The notes: generated from the sequence alone by a model not told the origin. DNA of 39,443 nucleotides from Octopus bimaculoides (GCF_001194135.2 NC_068989.1:81306799-81346241), one strand, 5' to 3'. Positions 1 to 11,509 are shown, counted from the stretch's first letter. Numbers and translations are program-made.

Positions 1-31
<31 letters not shown>

Positions 32-114
32 TATATATGTGTGTGTGTGTTCACATTTTGTTTGTTTTTGTCTCTGTCCCTTTTGTTCATGGGAGAAGGA
101 GTTTTGCCAGCATA

Positions 115-800
115 GACCCAATGGAAGGACCAGCCATTCTAAGAGACTGCAGTATGATGGATAAAGCAATTAAGAATATGAAGGCAGGGAAAGCCACTGA
201 ACCACCAAGAATTAGTGCTGAGATGCTTAAAGTATCACATGGAATTGGATACAAACTAGTTGCTTGTATAGTCAATCATGTTGCACAGGAAGGTGTCATA
301 CACAATGACTGGTATAACAACATTATTGTTAGCTGTTGCGAGAGTAAAAGTGATATCTTAGGGAGAAATAATTATAGAGGTATCAAAATGCTTAATTAGG
401 TGATGAAAATTCTGGAAAGAGGTATGGTTTAATAGATTAGGAAGACTTAGCCTTGATGAAATTTAGTTATGCTTTGTATCACAGAAAAATACTACTGATG
501 CCATCTTCCAGTGGCAGGAGAAACACTTAGCTACAAGTTAGCTACTGTAGCTAGCATTTATCAATCTGGAGAAAGTCTTTGACGGAGCCCTTTCTTTGGT
601 GATTTGAGGGTTGCAGAAAAGAAGCTAGGATTAGGTGAATGGCTTGTGAGAAGCATACAAGCCATGTAGAGAGGTGTTGTTAGCAATGAATTTAGAGTGC
701 AGATAAGAGTCCACCAGGACTCTGTTCTCATTCCCCTTTTAATCATCGTAGCCCACCATGCCATGACAGATAAGTTCACTACTGGATGTCTGTGGTAACA
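115..800 (+). mobile_element. Degraded RTE-clade LINE, reverse transcriptase region
   Basis: Translation gives KAIKNMKAGKA..SAEMLK..NDW..II..NYRGIKML. Frameshifted frames then give DEI.LCFV..KNTTDAIF, AFINLEKVFD and LGEWLVRSIQAM..RVQIRVHQDSVL, the RTE RT motif order with stops. Confidence 0.85.
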
Positions 801-1254
801 CTGAAATCCAAGTGACCTCAGTCTTATAAGTAAATCAGGTTTAAGATAAGAGAAGAAATTCCAGGCATGTAAACAAAACCAAGGATTAACTTGTTGGGAT
901 TTTCTGTTACATCTCCCTTGCCTCCTCAACTCATAAGGCCACTGGCGTATAGTTGAGGGCTTCATCTTTGTGTGGTTTGACCAGGATAAATCAATGTATG
1001 AAGGCTCAGTTCTCTCCAAGCCTACATGAAAAGTTAAACTCTACACTTAAAGTTCATTAATTTTATTGTGCTGTCATTGCTTACAATGAGAAATGATTTC
1101 ACACTTCTTATCTAGATAAATTGGACAGGCTAAATGTTTTGATTATGGACATAACATAGTGATATAAACAAAAACTAAACTGTCAACCTCACTGCTGATT
1201 TGTGTGCTATTTTTCTGACTTAGCCATTAGTATTCTCATTATTAATATTCTTAA

Positions 1255-1466
1255 GGTGGCAGTGAGCTGGCAGAATTGTTTGCATGCCAAGTGGAATGCT
1301 TAGTGGCGTTTTGTCCATCTTCACATTCTGAGTTCAAATTCCACCAAGCTCGACTTTGTCTTTTATCCTTTTGGGGCTGATTAAATAATTATCAGTTGAG
1401 TACTGGGGGTTGATGTAATCGACTAACCCCCTCCCCTGAACTTGCTAGCATTGAGCCATTTGAAAC
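1255..1466 (+). mobile_element. tRNA-derived SINE (family A) with 18-bp TSD
   Basis: A-box-like TGGCAGAATTG and B-box GAGTTCAAATTCC. Flanked by identical cattattaatattcttaa at 1237-1254 and 1467-1484. Homologous copies at 8145, 10335, 14927 and 15238. Confidence 0.9.
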
Positions 1467-1538
1467 CATTATTAATATTCTTAATACAAAGTTGAAGTTT
1501 TAAAAATTTGATTATAAAAATAATTCCTTTATTTTTAG

Positions 1539-1650
1539 CCCTACCAAATGGGTTATCTGCTTGTCTCCCAATAAGTGATAAAGGAGAGACAGCTGTCCTA
1601 TCTGTGAGCGTAAGTCAGATACCTCAAAATGTACTTGTGTTAACCTTGAG
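1539..1650 (+). CDS. Probable internal coding exon of an unidentified gene (LPNGLSACLPISDKGETAVLSVSVSQIPQNVLVLTL)
   Basis: Acceptor ttcctttatttttag and donor AG|GTGAGT. Only one frame is open (phase 1 in, phase 2 out). No family recognised. Confidence 0.5.
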
Positions 1651-1813
1651 GTGAGTCTCTCACCAATCATGAGGGAATTATGTACCTGTAGGGGGGCAGT
1701 GTTCTAAGGCATTACTCATTGTCAAGTGTTAGTGGTAGTGGTGGGGATAAACACAATGAAACACACACACACACACACACGTATATATGTATGCGGACGT
1801 TAAACGATGATGA

Positions 1814-1847
<34 letters not shown>

Positions 1848-1849
<2 letters not shown>

Positions 1850-2009
1850 CAGGTTTCTTTCAGTTTCCGTCTACCATATCTACTCACGAAGCTTTGGTCA
1901 GCCCGAGGCTTTAGTAGAACACACTTGCCCAAGGTGCCATGCAGTGGTACTAAACCGAGAATCATATGGTTGGTAAGCAAGCTTCTTACCACACAGCCAC
2001 ACTGCACCC
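1848..2009 (-). mobile_element. tRNA-derived SINE (family B) with TA/CA microsatellite tail
   Basis: Minus strand reads GTGGCTGTGTGGTAAGAAGCTTGC... and ends in ggaaactgaaagaaacc followed by (TA)n. Homologous to 5310-5445 and 34300-34457. Confidence 0.85.
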
Positions 2010-2369
2010 TATATTGGGAAGAGAAATTTTAGATATAAATAAGGCCCCATTACCACACATTCTGCCTGATCCTTAAGTATTTTATACTAAAGCAGTCAAA
2101 AACAATGCTACCTTCATTAGATATGCAGACTTTGTTTCAATTAATTTTGAAAATAGTGAAGAATTTATCAAAATCACTTTGTCATTATTAAGTTGGATGG
2201 AAGGTTTTAATTAAGATCCCTTTAAAATAGGAAGTTTGTATCATGGTTACCATGGTAGATTAGGGTTGAAAGGGTTAATTGTACAAGAATCAGGTTCAAT
2301 TCCTGAATAAAAAGAAAAAGAGAGGAAAAATCAAATGATTATAATGTCATGTCTTTGTGTTTATTTTAG

Positions 2370-2391
2370 ATTTGCTGAGTCAGTGTCATAA
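2370..2391 (+). CDS. Probable last coding exon of the same gene (R-FAESVS*)
   Basis: Acceptor tctttgtgtttattttag. The phase-2 join to 1650 gives AGA TTT GCT GAG TCA GTG TCA TAA. Followed by triplet-repeat UTR-like sequence, with AATAAA near 3187. Confidence 0.4.
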
Positions 2392-2436
2392 GCCTTGGTT
2401 CTCTAGTTTATCTTCTATGTTGTCTTGTCTACATTA

Positions 2437-2560
2437 TTATTACTACTATCACAGTTATTATCACCAGCAATGGTTATGGTGGTGGTGGTGGTGGTGGTGG
2501 TGGTAGTAGTTGTAGTAGTAGTAATTGTAGCAGCAGAAACTGCCACAGCAATAGTATAGT
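2437..2560. repeat. Compound trinucleotide low-complexity tract (TAT/TAC/GGT/AGT)
   Basis: Seen directly. Confidence 0.9.
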
Positions 2561-3226
2561 AGTATGGAATTTATTTGTATAAAATCTTTTTCTAAATTCA
2601 ACTAGTGAACTTTGTTGAATCTATTTAGAACATATCCCATGTCATAGGACTTAATAAGTACATTGGAACAGTGATTCCAGGAACTGGAGAGGGGAGCAGA
2701 AAATGATTTGTCATGGATATGGCAGATACTTGTAAGAACAAAGAACAAATGTTTAGCTTGTGATTAAACAAAATAATGACTACATAGTTTGATATGGTGG
2801 CTGCATGGATGATGGAGGGGGGGGGGGAAGCATGCTACATGTGGGCTAAAAGAACCCAGATATTTCTTCGTAGCACCAATGCTGCTTGGCACAACTGGAG
2901 GGATCAATACTATCGTAGTTGTTGAAATCATTATCGTCTCCAGTCAACAGCTGATGAAGAGAGTGTACCACAATGCAAGCTGTGTGTAAAATATAAAATA
3001 GAGTTTTGCTTCTTTGTATTGTTTGTTACCAACTTGTTGGTTCTTTTCCAAACCTTCAGAAACTGATAGAATACCTACTATTAATCAATTAATTACCTAC
3101 ATACTCACCATTGTTTTTGAAACTTTAAACTCATTGACCTGTTAATTAAAGTGCCAACCTGAGAAACATCTTAAAGACACAAAGGAAATAAATAAATTAA
3201 ATACTTGTTAGTATCATTCTTCAGAA

Positions 3227-3322
3227 TCTAAATAGTAATTAAATTGTTGGTATCCTTCATTATCTAAACAGTAATTAAACTGTTGGTAACTTTTATAATC
3301 TAAATAGTAATTAAAATGTTGC
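3227..3322. repeat. 36-bp tandem repeat, about 2.7 copies
   Basis: Units tctaaa(t/c)agtaattaaa.tgttg start at 3227, 3263 and 3299. Confidence 0.9.
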
Positions 3323-3984
3323 TTAGAATTTTTGGTGCTATTGAAACTGTTGATAATTGATCCAAAGTCTGGAAGCCAACATTCATTCTGATATCCTAGT
3401 TCTTTCATTTTCTGTCAATCATTGTTGCTTTAGTATTAAGAAAAAAAAATTGTTGAGACATGTAAAAGCTGCCTATATTAGTCCATTTCTTCATATAAGA
3501 GTTTTAGTCCTTGCTCAGTCAAGTAACTCTAGCTACCTGGGGAGTTTGAAACTTTGTTTTCCCACCCAGAGGGCAAGAACAGTAATGATGTGGTAGCACC
3601 CAACTTTTGAAAAGCACATTGTTGAAATTCTTGGATGATTAAACTTAAGACAACTACTTTTAACTGTATTATTATTGGTTAAAATTTCAAAATGTTAAAT
3701 GATTTTTTTCAAAAGACTGCTTGATTTTTCCCACTACTCCTATCCACTGTTATATAATGTGGAGTAGCCATGTATCTCTTCTATAGCAAGACATCTATAC
3801 TTGTCCCTCTTTTATACTTTTTGAGCCTTTCAAAACCTGACATAACACTACCTCTCCCTCTCAAATTCCCCTCCTCCACTTTGTAACAAGAGCTTTTTTC
3901 TTTTCCTTTCCCCCCTTTTTTTTATATTCCTGTCTTGCATCCTCACTCATGCTGTTGCCAAGTAAAAAAAAACAAAAAAACACT

Positions 3985-4145
3985 CAGACATATTGTAAAG
4001 TGGTTGGTGCTAGGAAAGGCATTCAGCCATAGAAATGATACCAAAGTTGACACTGGAGTTCAGTGAAGTCCTGCAGCTCAACAGATCCCGTCAAACCATC
4101 CAGCCCATGCCAGCACATGGAAAGTGGAGATTGAATGATGGTGAT
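3985..4145 (+). mobile_element. RTE 3' tail fragment
   Basis: tggttggtgctaggaaaggcattcagcc...catccagcccatgccagcacatggaaag...gatgatggtgatg matches the shared tail seen at 7600-7760. Confidence 0.75.
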
Positions 4146-4619
4146 GTATATCAATTATCATTGTCATATATGCCTTTTTCTTTTCTTTACTGGATGCAGT
4201 TTAATAGAAAACAGAATATAGTGAAGTGAATCTCAGTTTACAATTGTCTCTTATTTCACCTATCCAAGTATGAAAGATAATACCAGGACTGAAATCATTT
4301 TGTTTCCTGTCACGGTCAACTATTCATTAGTTTATTGTTACAAGAACAACTTAGGACATTACAAGATATTTCCAATTATTTCAGTTTATTGCTTGCCATT
4401 ATAAGGTTTCAAAAATTCTCTGAGGACAGAATAATTAACATTTGCTACCTTTCTGTCTTGTATTTATTATCCTAGATTACAGGCCAGAAAGGAATTAGCT
4501 GATATCATTTTCTTTTGGTAGTTTAGTGTACTAATACAGAGTTCAAGCTTGAAAACTAATGCTGTATAATAAGCAAAAAAAAACAAAAAAAACAATCTTC
4601 TATGGCTGTGGTTTTCAAT

Positions 4620-5005
4620 GTTGTTGGCACTCCGTCGCTTACGATGTCGAGGGTTCCAGTCGATCTGTTCAACGGAACAGCCTGCTCGTGAAATTAACGT
4701 GCAAGTGGCTGAGCACTCCACAGACACGTGTACCCTTAACGTAGTTCTCGGGGATATTCAGCGTGACACAGAGTGACAAGGCTGGCCCTTTGAATTACAG
4801 GCACAACAGAAACAGGAAGTAAGAGTGAGAGAAAGTTGTGGTGAAAGAGTACAGCAGGGTTCGCCACCATCCCCTGCCGGAGCCTCGTGGAGCTTTAGGT
4901 GTTTTCGCTCAATAAACACTCACAATGCCCGGTCTGGGAATCGAAACTGCGATCCTATGACCGCGAATCCGCTGCCCTAACCACTGGGCCATTGCGCCTC
5001 CACAG
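4620..5005 (-). mobile_element. Near full-length tRNA-head SINE (family D)
   Basis: Minus strand has A box TGGCCCAGTGG and B box GTTTCGATTCC, with many CpGs retained. TSD tttcaat at 4613-4619 and 5006-5012. Confidence 0.9.
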
Positions 5006-5094
5006 TTTCAATAGGGGTCCATATAAGATGCTGTCATTATTTATGTGCAATAAATTGGTTATACTTCTACAATTCTTTTATTTTTTTTTTTTAC

Positions 5095-5445
5095 ATGTTT
5101 CAGTCATTTGGCTGTGGCCATGTAGCACTGCCTTGAAGAGTTTTAGTTGAATGAATCAACCCTGGGACTGTTTTTGGGCCTAGTAATTGTTCTATTGGTC
5201 TCTTTTGCTGAACCACTAAATTACAGGGACATAAACACACCAACACCAGTTGTCAAGCAGTGATGGGAGGAAAGACAGGCATTACACACACATGCGTGCG
5301 CATATGTACGACGTACCAAATTCACTCACAAGGCTTTAGTCAGCCTGAGGCTATAGTAGAAGACATTTGCCCAAAGGGCCACGGAGTGGGAATGAACCCG
5401 GAACCATGTGGTTGGGAAGCAAGTTCCTTACAACACCGCCACACT
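5095..5445. mobile_element. SINE family C (+, 5095-5290) and family B (-, 5310-5445)
   Basis: tttcagtcatttggctgtggccatg...gaaccactaa...aaacacaccaac matches 34085-34275. The second part matches 1848-2009. Confidence 0.8.
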
Positions 5446-6137
5446 TACATAAATTATTTTAATTTTTTTTAATACAATTCTCAATAATATCTAATTATAA
5501 ACATATGCTAGGATTATAGGTAGATAAAAATAGGAATCAAAGGGGTCTATAGGCAAAAAATGGTTGAGAACCACTGCTCTATTGGGGGTAAACTAGCTCA
5601 GTATTTTTCTTAACACTTGCTGTGGAACAATTTTTTTCTCACCATTCACCACAAATATTCCCCATTAGAGTTTCTGTTTACTGAGGCAGTTTAATATATT
5701 AAATCAGACTTACAGTAAAATACTAAATATACAAAAAAAAAAAAAGGAAAAAAATACTGAAAAATTAACACTACAATATATTCTATTTCCAGTGGATGAG
5801 ACACTATAGAATTGACTGGAGTCAGACAAAATAAAGGCAGCCAGCCAAGAAACTATAGTATTATAGTATACAATAAAATTCATACCAAAATAACTTAGTC
5901 AAGACTTTTAGCTGTTCTGTGTACATCCTATAAACCTACATGCTTCCTTTATACACACACCCACATAAATGAGACAGTAAAAATATGCAAATCTTTTCTC
6001 AAGTTGAATATGTGGCGTTTTTTGTTATCTACATTCCAAAGACGAAACTTTGTATCTTTGTTAGAAACCAGTTCCTTCTGTATACAAAGACTCCAAATAA
6101 TTAAAAATAGAAGAGAACACACACGCATTTATTATAT

Positions 6138-6845
6138 ATCATCATCATCATCATTGTTTAATGTTCATTTTCCATGCTGGCATGGGTTGGACAGTTTGAC
6201 AGGAGTTGGTCAACTGGGCAGCTGTCCAGACCTCGGTTGTCTGTTTTGACATGGTTTCTATGACTGGATGCCCTTCCTAATGCCGACCATTTCACAGAGT
6301 GTGCTAGGTGCATTTTACATGCCACCAGCACAGGTGTGTTTACAGAGCACTGGCAGGAGTGCATTTTACGCTACACCTGCGCTTGTAAAGGACAAGCTTG
6401 TATGTATGGATGACTTCAATTTTACTTAGCTTGACGCATCTTCTGAAGTACAGCAAATTGCCACAATTCCCGGTCCCATGTCTTTGTGGGTTTACTCTTT
6501 TCATAGATTCACTCCACAATTAGAGATCTGCATTTCTTTAAGCAGCTGTCCTCATCCATATGCATCACATGACCAAACCAGTACAGTCTTCTCTCTTGCA
6601 CACAACATCTGATGCCTCTTATACCCCGTTTTCCTCTTAAATCATTTACACTCTGTTGTGCATGCACACTGGTACTGCCTATCCAGTGGAGCATGCTAGC
6701 TTCATTTCTTTCAAGCCTTCACAGGTCCTCTGTAGTCAGAGCCCATATTTCACTGCCATGTAACATAGCTGTTCCTACACAGGCATCATACAACCTGCCT
6801 TTTACGCTGAGGGAAAGCCCCTTAGTTACCAACTTCCTTATTCTA
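6138..6845 (-). mobile_element. RTE LINE 3' end (C-terminal ORF plus tail)
   Basis: Minus strand gives LVTKGLSLSVKGRLYDACVGTAMLHGSEIW...MLHWI...CCVQERRLYWFGHVMHMDEDSCLKKC, then the shared 3' UTR and a (GAT)n tail at 6138-6155. Confidence 0.9.
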
Positions 6846-7153
6846 GCAACTATGCTTTCAATATCTATTTGCGCTACTTTACTTGTTGCAAGATCAGTGA
6901 CTGATTGTCGCTTGGTTTTCTATATATTGTGAGCTGGAGTGAATTACTGCTATCTCTAGTGGGCTGGTATTCCCCCACGTAAGGTTTGGTGATTCTGTCG
7001 TCTGCTAGAAGATGATAGGGGTTCACTTTCATGTTTGCTATATATATCAAGTGCAGATTGCATTGATAACCAACTGGAGGAGAATCCTCCCATGTTTAAA
7101 AACGGTAGTAACATCAATTCCTATGGAACGACCATATTGATATTTCGAAATAG

Positions 7154-7882
7154 CTACTTTGCTTGTTGAAATATTTTTAATTTTCCCTTTGTGAAAATGT
7201 CTAGATGTTCACTCCAGGGAGCATTTCTAAGAGGTGAATTTTTGATTTGTTGTTTATGTACTCTAACCCAACATATTAATTTTGATCGTGAATGAACCAA
7301 ATTTGATGACTGGCATCTGTGACAGTGGAGCGCTAAGAGCACTGTCCAAGTGTGATCATTGCCAGAGCAAGCTGTCTGGCTTCCATGCCAGTGGCATGTA
7401 AATAGCACCATTTGAGCGTGATCGTTACCAGCGTCGCTTTACTGGCACTTGAAAAAACATTCGAGCGAAGTTGTTGCCAGTGCCACTGAAGTGGCTCCTG
7501 TGTAGGTGGCACGTAAAAAACACCATTTTGAGCGTGGCCGTTGTCAGTACCGCCTGACTGGCCCTCATGCTGGTGGCACGTAAAAGCACCCACTACACTC
7601 TCGGAGTGGTTGGCGTTAGGAAGGGCATCCAGCTGTAGAAACTCTGCCAGATCAGATTGGAGCCTGGTGTAGCCGTCTGGTTTCACCAGTCCTCAGTCAA
7701 ATCGTCCAACCCATGCTAGCATGGAAAGCGGACGTTAAACGATGATGATGATGATGATGATCTCCTTTGGCCAATATAATTCTCATTGCATTGTGGGCAT
7801 GTGATGCAGTTAATGAGATTTTTTGTTTTGTAATTCATTTTTGCATTAACCTTCAGTTCCTTCCCATTTTTAACCTCAGATA
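7154..7882 (-). mobile_element. Penelope-like element GIY-YIG endonuclease fragment, split by an insertion
   Basis: EVKNGKELKVNAKMNYKTKNLINCITCPQCNENYIGQR (7762-7880) continues as SKLICWVRVHKQQIKNSPLRNAPWSEHLDIF (below 7288). This is the PLE-type NLIY.ITC..C...YIGQT..L..R...H motif. Confidence 0.8.
7288..7762 (+). mobile_element. Non-autonomous or 5'-truncated RTE-tail repeat with modular internal units
   Basis: Ends gcacccactacactctcggagtggttggcgttaggaagggcatccagc...ggacgttaaac(gat)n. GATC is duplicated at 7284-7287 and 7759-7762. Confidence 0.9.
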
Positions 7883-8065
7883 GGTGCAGATGTGGCCGTG
7901 TGGTTAAGAAGCTTACTTTGCACTGCACAGCACCTATATCCTCAAATTGACCAATGCCTTGTGAGTGAATCAGGTTGATGGAAACTGTGGAAGCCTGTTG
8001 TATCTGAACAAAATCTGTATGATCAGATGTAGAATACACCTGGATATAGTGTTTCTATTTCCTTT

Positions 8066-8108
<43 letters not shown>

Positions 8109-8144
8109 AGTATAAATTCCATTTCATTATTAAATTGTAGAAAA

Positions 8145-8354
8145 AGATGGTGAGGTAGTAGAATCGTTTGCACACAAGGTATACTGCTTAGCAGCATTTC
8201 ATTCATCATTACGTTCTGAACTCAAATGTCACTGAGGTCAACTTTGCCTTTTATCCTTTCAAGTACTAAAATTAGTACCAGTTGAGCACTGGGGTCGATG
8301 TAACCGATTTACCCTCTCACCCGAACTTGCTGGCCTTGTGCCAAAATTTGAAAC
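8145..8354 (+). mobile_element. SINE family A with 20-bp TSD
   Basis: Homologous to 1255-1466. TSD cattatt(a/g)aattgtagaaaa at 8125-8144 and 8355-8374. Confidence 0.85.
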
Positions 8355-9189
8355 CATTATTGAATTGTAGAAAATAATGGCTTGAACACAAAAAGAGAAA
8401 AGTTATATTTGTAAGACATTAAGTTATTTGATAATTAGGAAATCATTGGAAATTAGCTCAGTCCTTTCGCTTTGTACCATATATTTCAACTTTATTCTGA
8501 AATCCAGTATCAGCACCCGTGCTGATTCCAATCTCTCCGTCACTCACCTCAGCAACATGGACTTCCAGTTTACTCAAACTGAAAGACTCCCTACCCCCCT
8601 CAATATATCAATACATTGGTTTCCAGCTCCCCTTTCATTCCCCGAACTCTTCTAACTATCGACTCCGCCTCAACCATATCGTCTTCTCGTTTAAGATTTG
8701 ACTTGTTCTTTATAATCACAAACAATTACAATTTCCTTTTTTCTTGGCAACGCTAATTACTCAACATTATCACGTTCTTATTGATAGTCTTAAAATATTC
8801 TGCTATATAATACAATACATAATTGATGTGGAAGGATTAAAGTGTTAAAGTCTGATTTAGTGTTAACTAAAACTGAAATAAATTTGCAACGGAATTGTAA
8901 TTAAAATAAATGAAAACTGTAGCTTAAATTATATGGTGAAAAATCTATTCTCCTATCACTCGTTTTCAGTCCTTCCCATCCCACTCAGTGCCTATAGAGT
9001 TGAGCAAAGAGGGAAACATTCTATGGTTTGATAGTTTTATTACTCTAAATTTATTATATGATAGAGTTGTTGTCTGAAGTGGATACCTTGTGATACTTTC
9101 AACTACAGGTTGATTTGTAAATCCTTGTTGATTCATTCATATTAGTGTTAGCAGCCACCATTAATGCTAAAGTTCCTGCTAGTTATTTG

Positions 9190-9650
9190 ACTTACTGACC
9201 AATATTTTTAGCCAATCAGCTGCCAGCAAACTATGCTACCGTCCTTTTCCCCACTTATTTACAGTAATTCATTTTGATTTTCAGTTTTCCCTTTCAGTCT
9301 CTGAACGTCCCAGAGTTCTTAAACTCTTGCTCCAAAGCTACACATTGATTTGGATTTTTTTTTTCCATCAATGAGGCAGTGTCTGGCGTAGTAGTGACTG
9401 GCGGTCATTACTACTACTACTTCGATACTTCTCTCCTGTTTGCTGTCAGCGTAGTAAATAATAATAGCAGCAGCAGTAGCAGCAGTAGTAGTAGTAGTAA
9501 ACTGCAAGTTAATCAGTTCAGCAATTATTTTTTTCTTCCCACCGTGTTGTAAAAATTTTCTCTCATCTAATATTCTTCTCTTTCCCCTTAATTATCTCAG
9601 TTTCTATCGGCAAATTTTATCCCCCCATTTTCTTGTTTACGGTGTGATTT
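9190..9650 (+). promoter_or_regulatory. Candidate Pol II promoter and 5' UTR exon
   Basis: Two CCAAT boxes at 9199 and 9212, and TCAGT initiator-like motifs at 9281 and 9294 about 80 nt downstream. These are followed by TE-free sequence with retained CpGs and trinucleotide runs. Confidence 0.35.
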
Positions 9651-10334
9651 TCATTAAGTTTTTTTTTTTTTTTACCTATTTTGTCAATTTTAAAAGGAAA
9701 ACTCGTACCAAACAGTTCTAATAGATTAGATTATATTTTAGAGATATTTACGAAAATCTTATCTACTCAGTAAAATAATATTTCAGATATTAATCCCTGG
9801 TTTATTCATTAAACACTCCTAGCACGAAATTGGAGCTGATTTCGATAGACGGTCTCGAGAGTTACGTGTTATTAAATATATACTGAATTAATATGTACCA
9901 ACGATAAACACTGCTTAGGTTACCTTTGATAAAATTTGACCAGCTGTGACCCAGGTCATATCTAACAACTGCGCTGTCTGCTGCTTGTTCTATTATTTTA
10001 TAGCACTAGGATCGCCATAAAACTTGCATCTGTCAGCTAAGAACATTAATAAAATGAAGCTAAAGTTTTTCATGTTAAAAGACAAGCTATAATATGACTT
10101 GGAGTGACATTTGAATGGGGGGACCAGTTGTTTATAATTGCCATACTTAGAGATATTTCATTTTGAAAGCAAAATATCTTTGAGGTGAAGGTGTTAATGT
10201 GATTTCTCCGTTGTGGCCGAAAAGACCTGTTCACCCTGGCAAAAGCGAGGTTCTTAAAAACATCGTTTTGTCTATGCCTCCCAACTCCCGTCCCTCCATC
10301 ACTCTTCTAACTACAGTACTATTTCAGCTGCTAT

Positions 10335-10556
10335 AATAATAATAATGATCCTTTCTACTATGGGCACAAGGCCTGAAACTTTTGGGGAGGGGGCTAGCCG
10401 ATTACATCAACTCTATTGCGTAACTGGTACTTATTTCATCGACCCTGAAAGGATGAAAGGCAAAGTCGATCTCTGTGGAATTTCAACTCAGAACGTAAAG
10501 ACGGACGAAATGCTGTTAAGCATTTTGCCCAACGTGCTAACGATTCTGCCAAGCTG
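10335..10556 (-). mobile_element. SINE family A
   Basis: Reverse complement of the 1255 and 8145 family. Confidence 0.85.
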
Positions 10557-10559
10557 AGA

Positions 10560-11415
10560 TTCACATATTCCATCCCCTACACTTTTGTGCTATTAGACAC
10601 CTCTTCATGTCACCCACCTTACATTTTCAATATTACAAACTGACATTGTTGAACACTGTCCCATATCGGTCATCGTTTCCTCCACCCATGTTCATCATTC
10701 TCATTCTCCGTATTCATACTTACATACCTTAGAGTACGTCCTTGTCGCTAAACATCTCTTCCTTGCAGTTCATGCTCTTCTCCACCACCCTCTTTTTATA
10801 CTGCCATTTTATCTCTTTCCCTATGACCCACACCTTCCCCCAAGCTGATTTTCACCACTGACTATGTCCTCTTACCTGCTTGTCATTCACTGCATCGCCT
10901 ATATCCCTATACTCTTTACCTCCACCCATTTGTTACTCACCCCAAACTCTTTCAAACTTACACTGTTTCTTCCTGTTCATCTATCTCCATCCCCTCACAT
11001 TCACCCTTTTGTGCTGTTACAAAATGCCCTGACACCCCTCACCACCATTTTCTCTCCCTTTTCAACTGGAACAGCCATATATCTCCTCTACATCAAGACA
11101 CCTATTCTGATCCCTCTATCATACCCTTGCCTCTCAACACTTGGCACAAGCTACCTCCTTCAATATTATATGCCCTACAAATCAAGGGATCTTGTCTTGC
11201 GAGATACCTGGCGATTTCACTAGTGCTAGTGACATGGAAAAAAAACAAAAAAACACCTAGTTGAGTCTGTAAAATGGTAGGTGTTAAGATGGGCATCCAG
11301 CTGTAGAAACCATACCAAAATAGATACTGGAGCTTGATACCTCTCTTACTTGTCAGATCCTGTCAAGTTATCCAACATATGCCAGTTTGGAACATGGATA
11401 CTAAATGATGATGAT
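10560..11415 (+). mobile_element. Old RTE 3' UTR (pyrimidine-rich) plus tail
   Basis: Strongly C/T-biased tract followed by gggcatccagctgtagaaacc...gatgatgatgac. It mirrors 35603-36650, where the same layout adjoins RT-coding sequence. Confidence 0.6.
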
Positions 11416-11477
11416 GACAATATATATCAACATCATCATCATCATGCACCTGTTTTCCATATTGGCATGAGTTGGAT

Positions 11478-11509
<32 letters not shown>

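Larger units (their letters stand above)
4606..5576. mobile_element. hAT (Charlie-like) MITE carrying three nested SINEs
   Basis: Left TIR ctgtggttttcaa at 4606 and right TIR ttgagaaccactg ending 5576. Degenerate 8-bp TSD ttctatgg / ctctattg (6 of 8 match, central TA). Confidence 0.65.

Noticed and set aside
2392-2580. TM plus Gly/Ser-rich open frame (VISLGSLVYLLCC...GGGGGSS) as coding
   Set aside because: It is explained by trinucleotide repeats, has an in-frame TGA right after the strong acceptor, and has no start codon.
3227-3322. CRISPR-like repeat-spacer pattern
   Set aside because: There are only about 3 units, the 12-nt variable parts are too short and related to each other, there are no cas genes, and the context is eukaryotic.
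4925-5003. tRNA gene
   Set aside because: It has A and B boxes but continues into a SINE body with a TSD, and the acceptor stem is incomplete. The same applies to 14634-14700.
7333-7686. Recurrent ORF MKPDGYTRLQSDLAEFLQLDALPNANHSESVVGAFT (also 15662 and 34355) as a gene family
   Set aside because: It is the antisense reading of the RTE 3' tail repeat, and the copies diverge by frameshifts.
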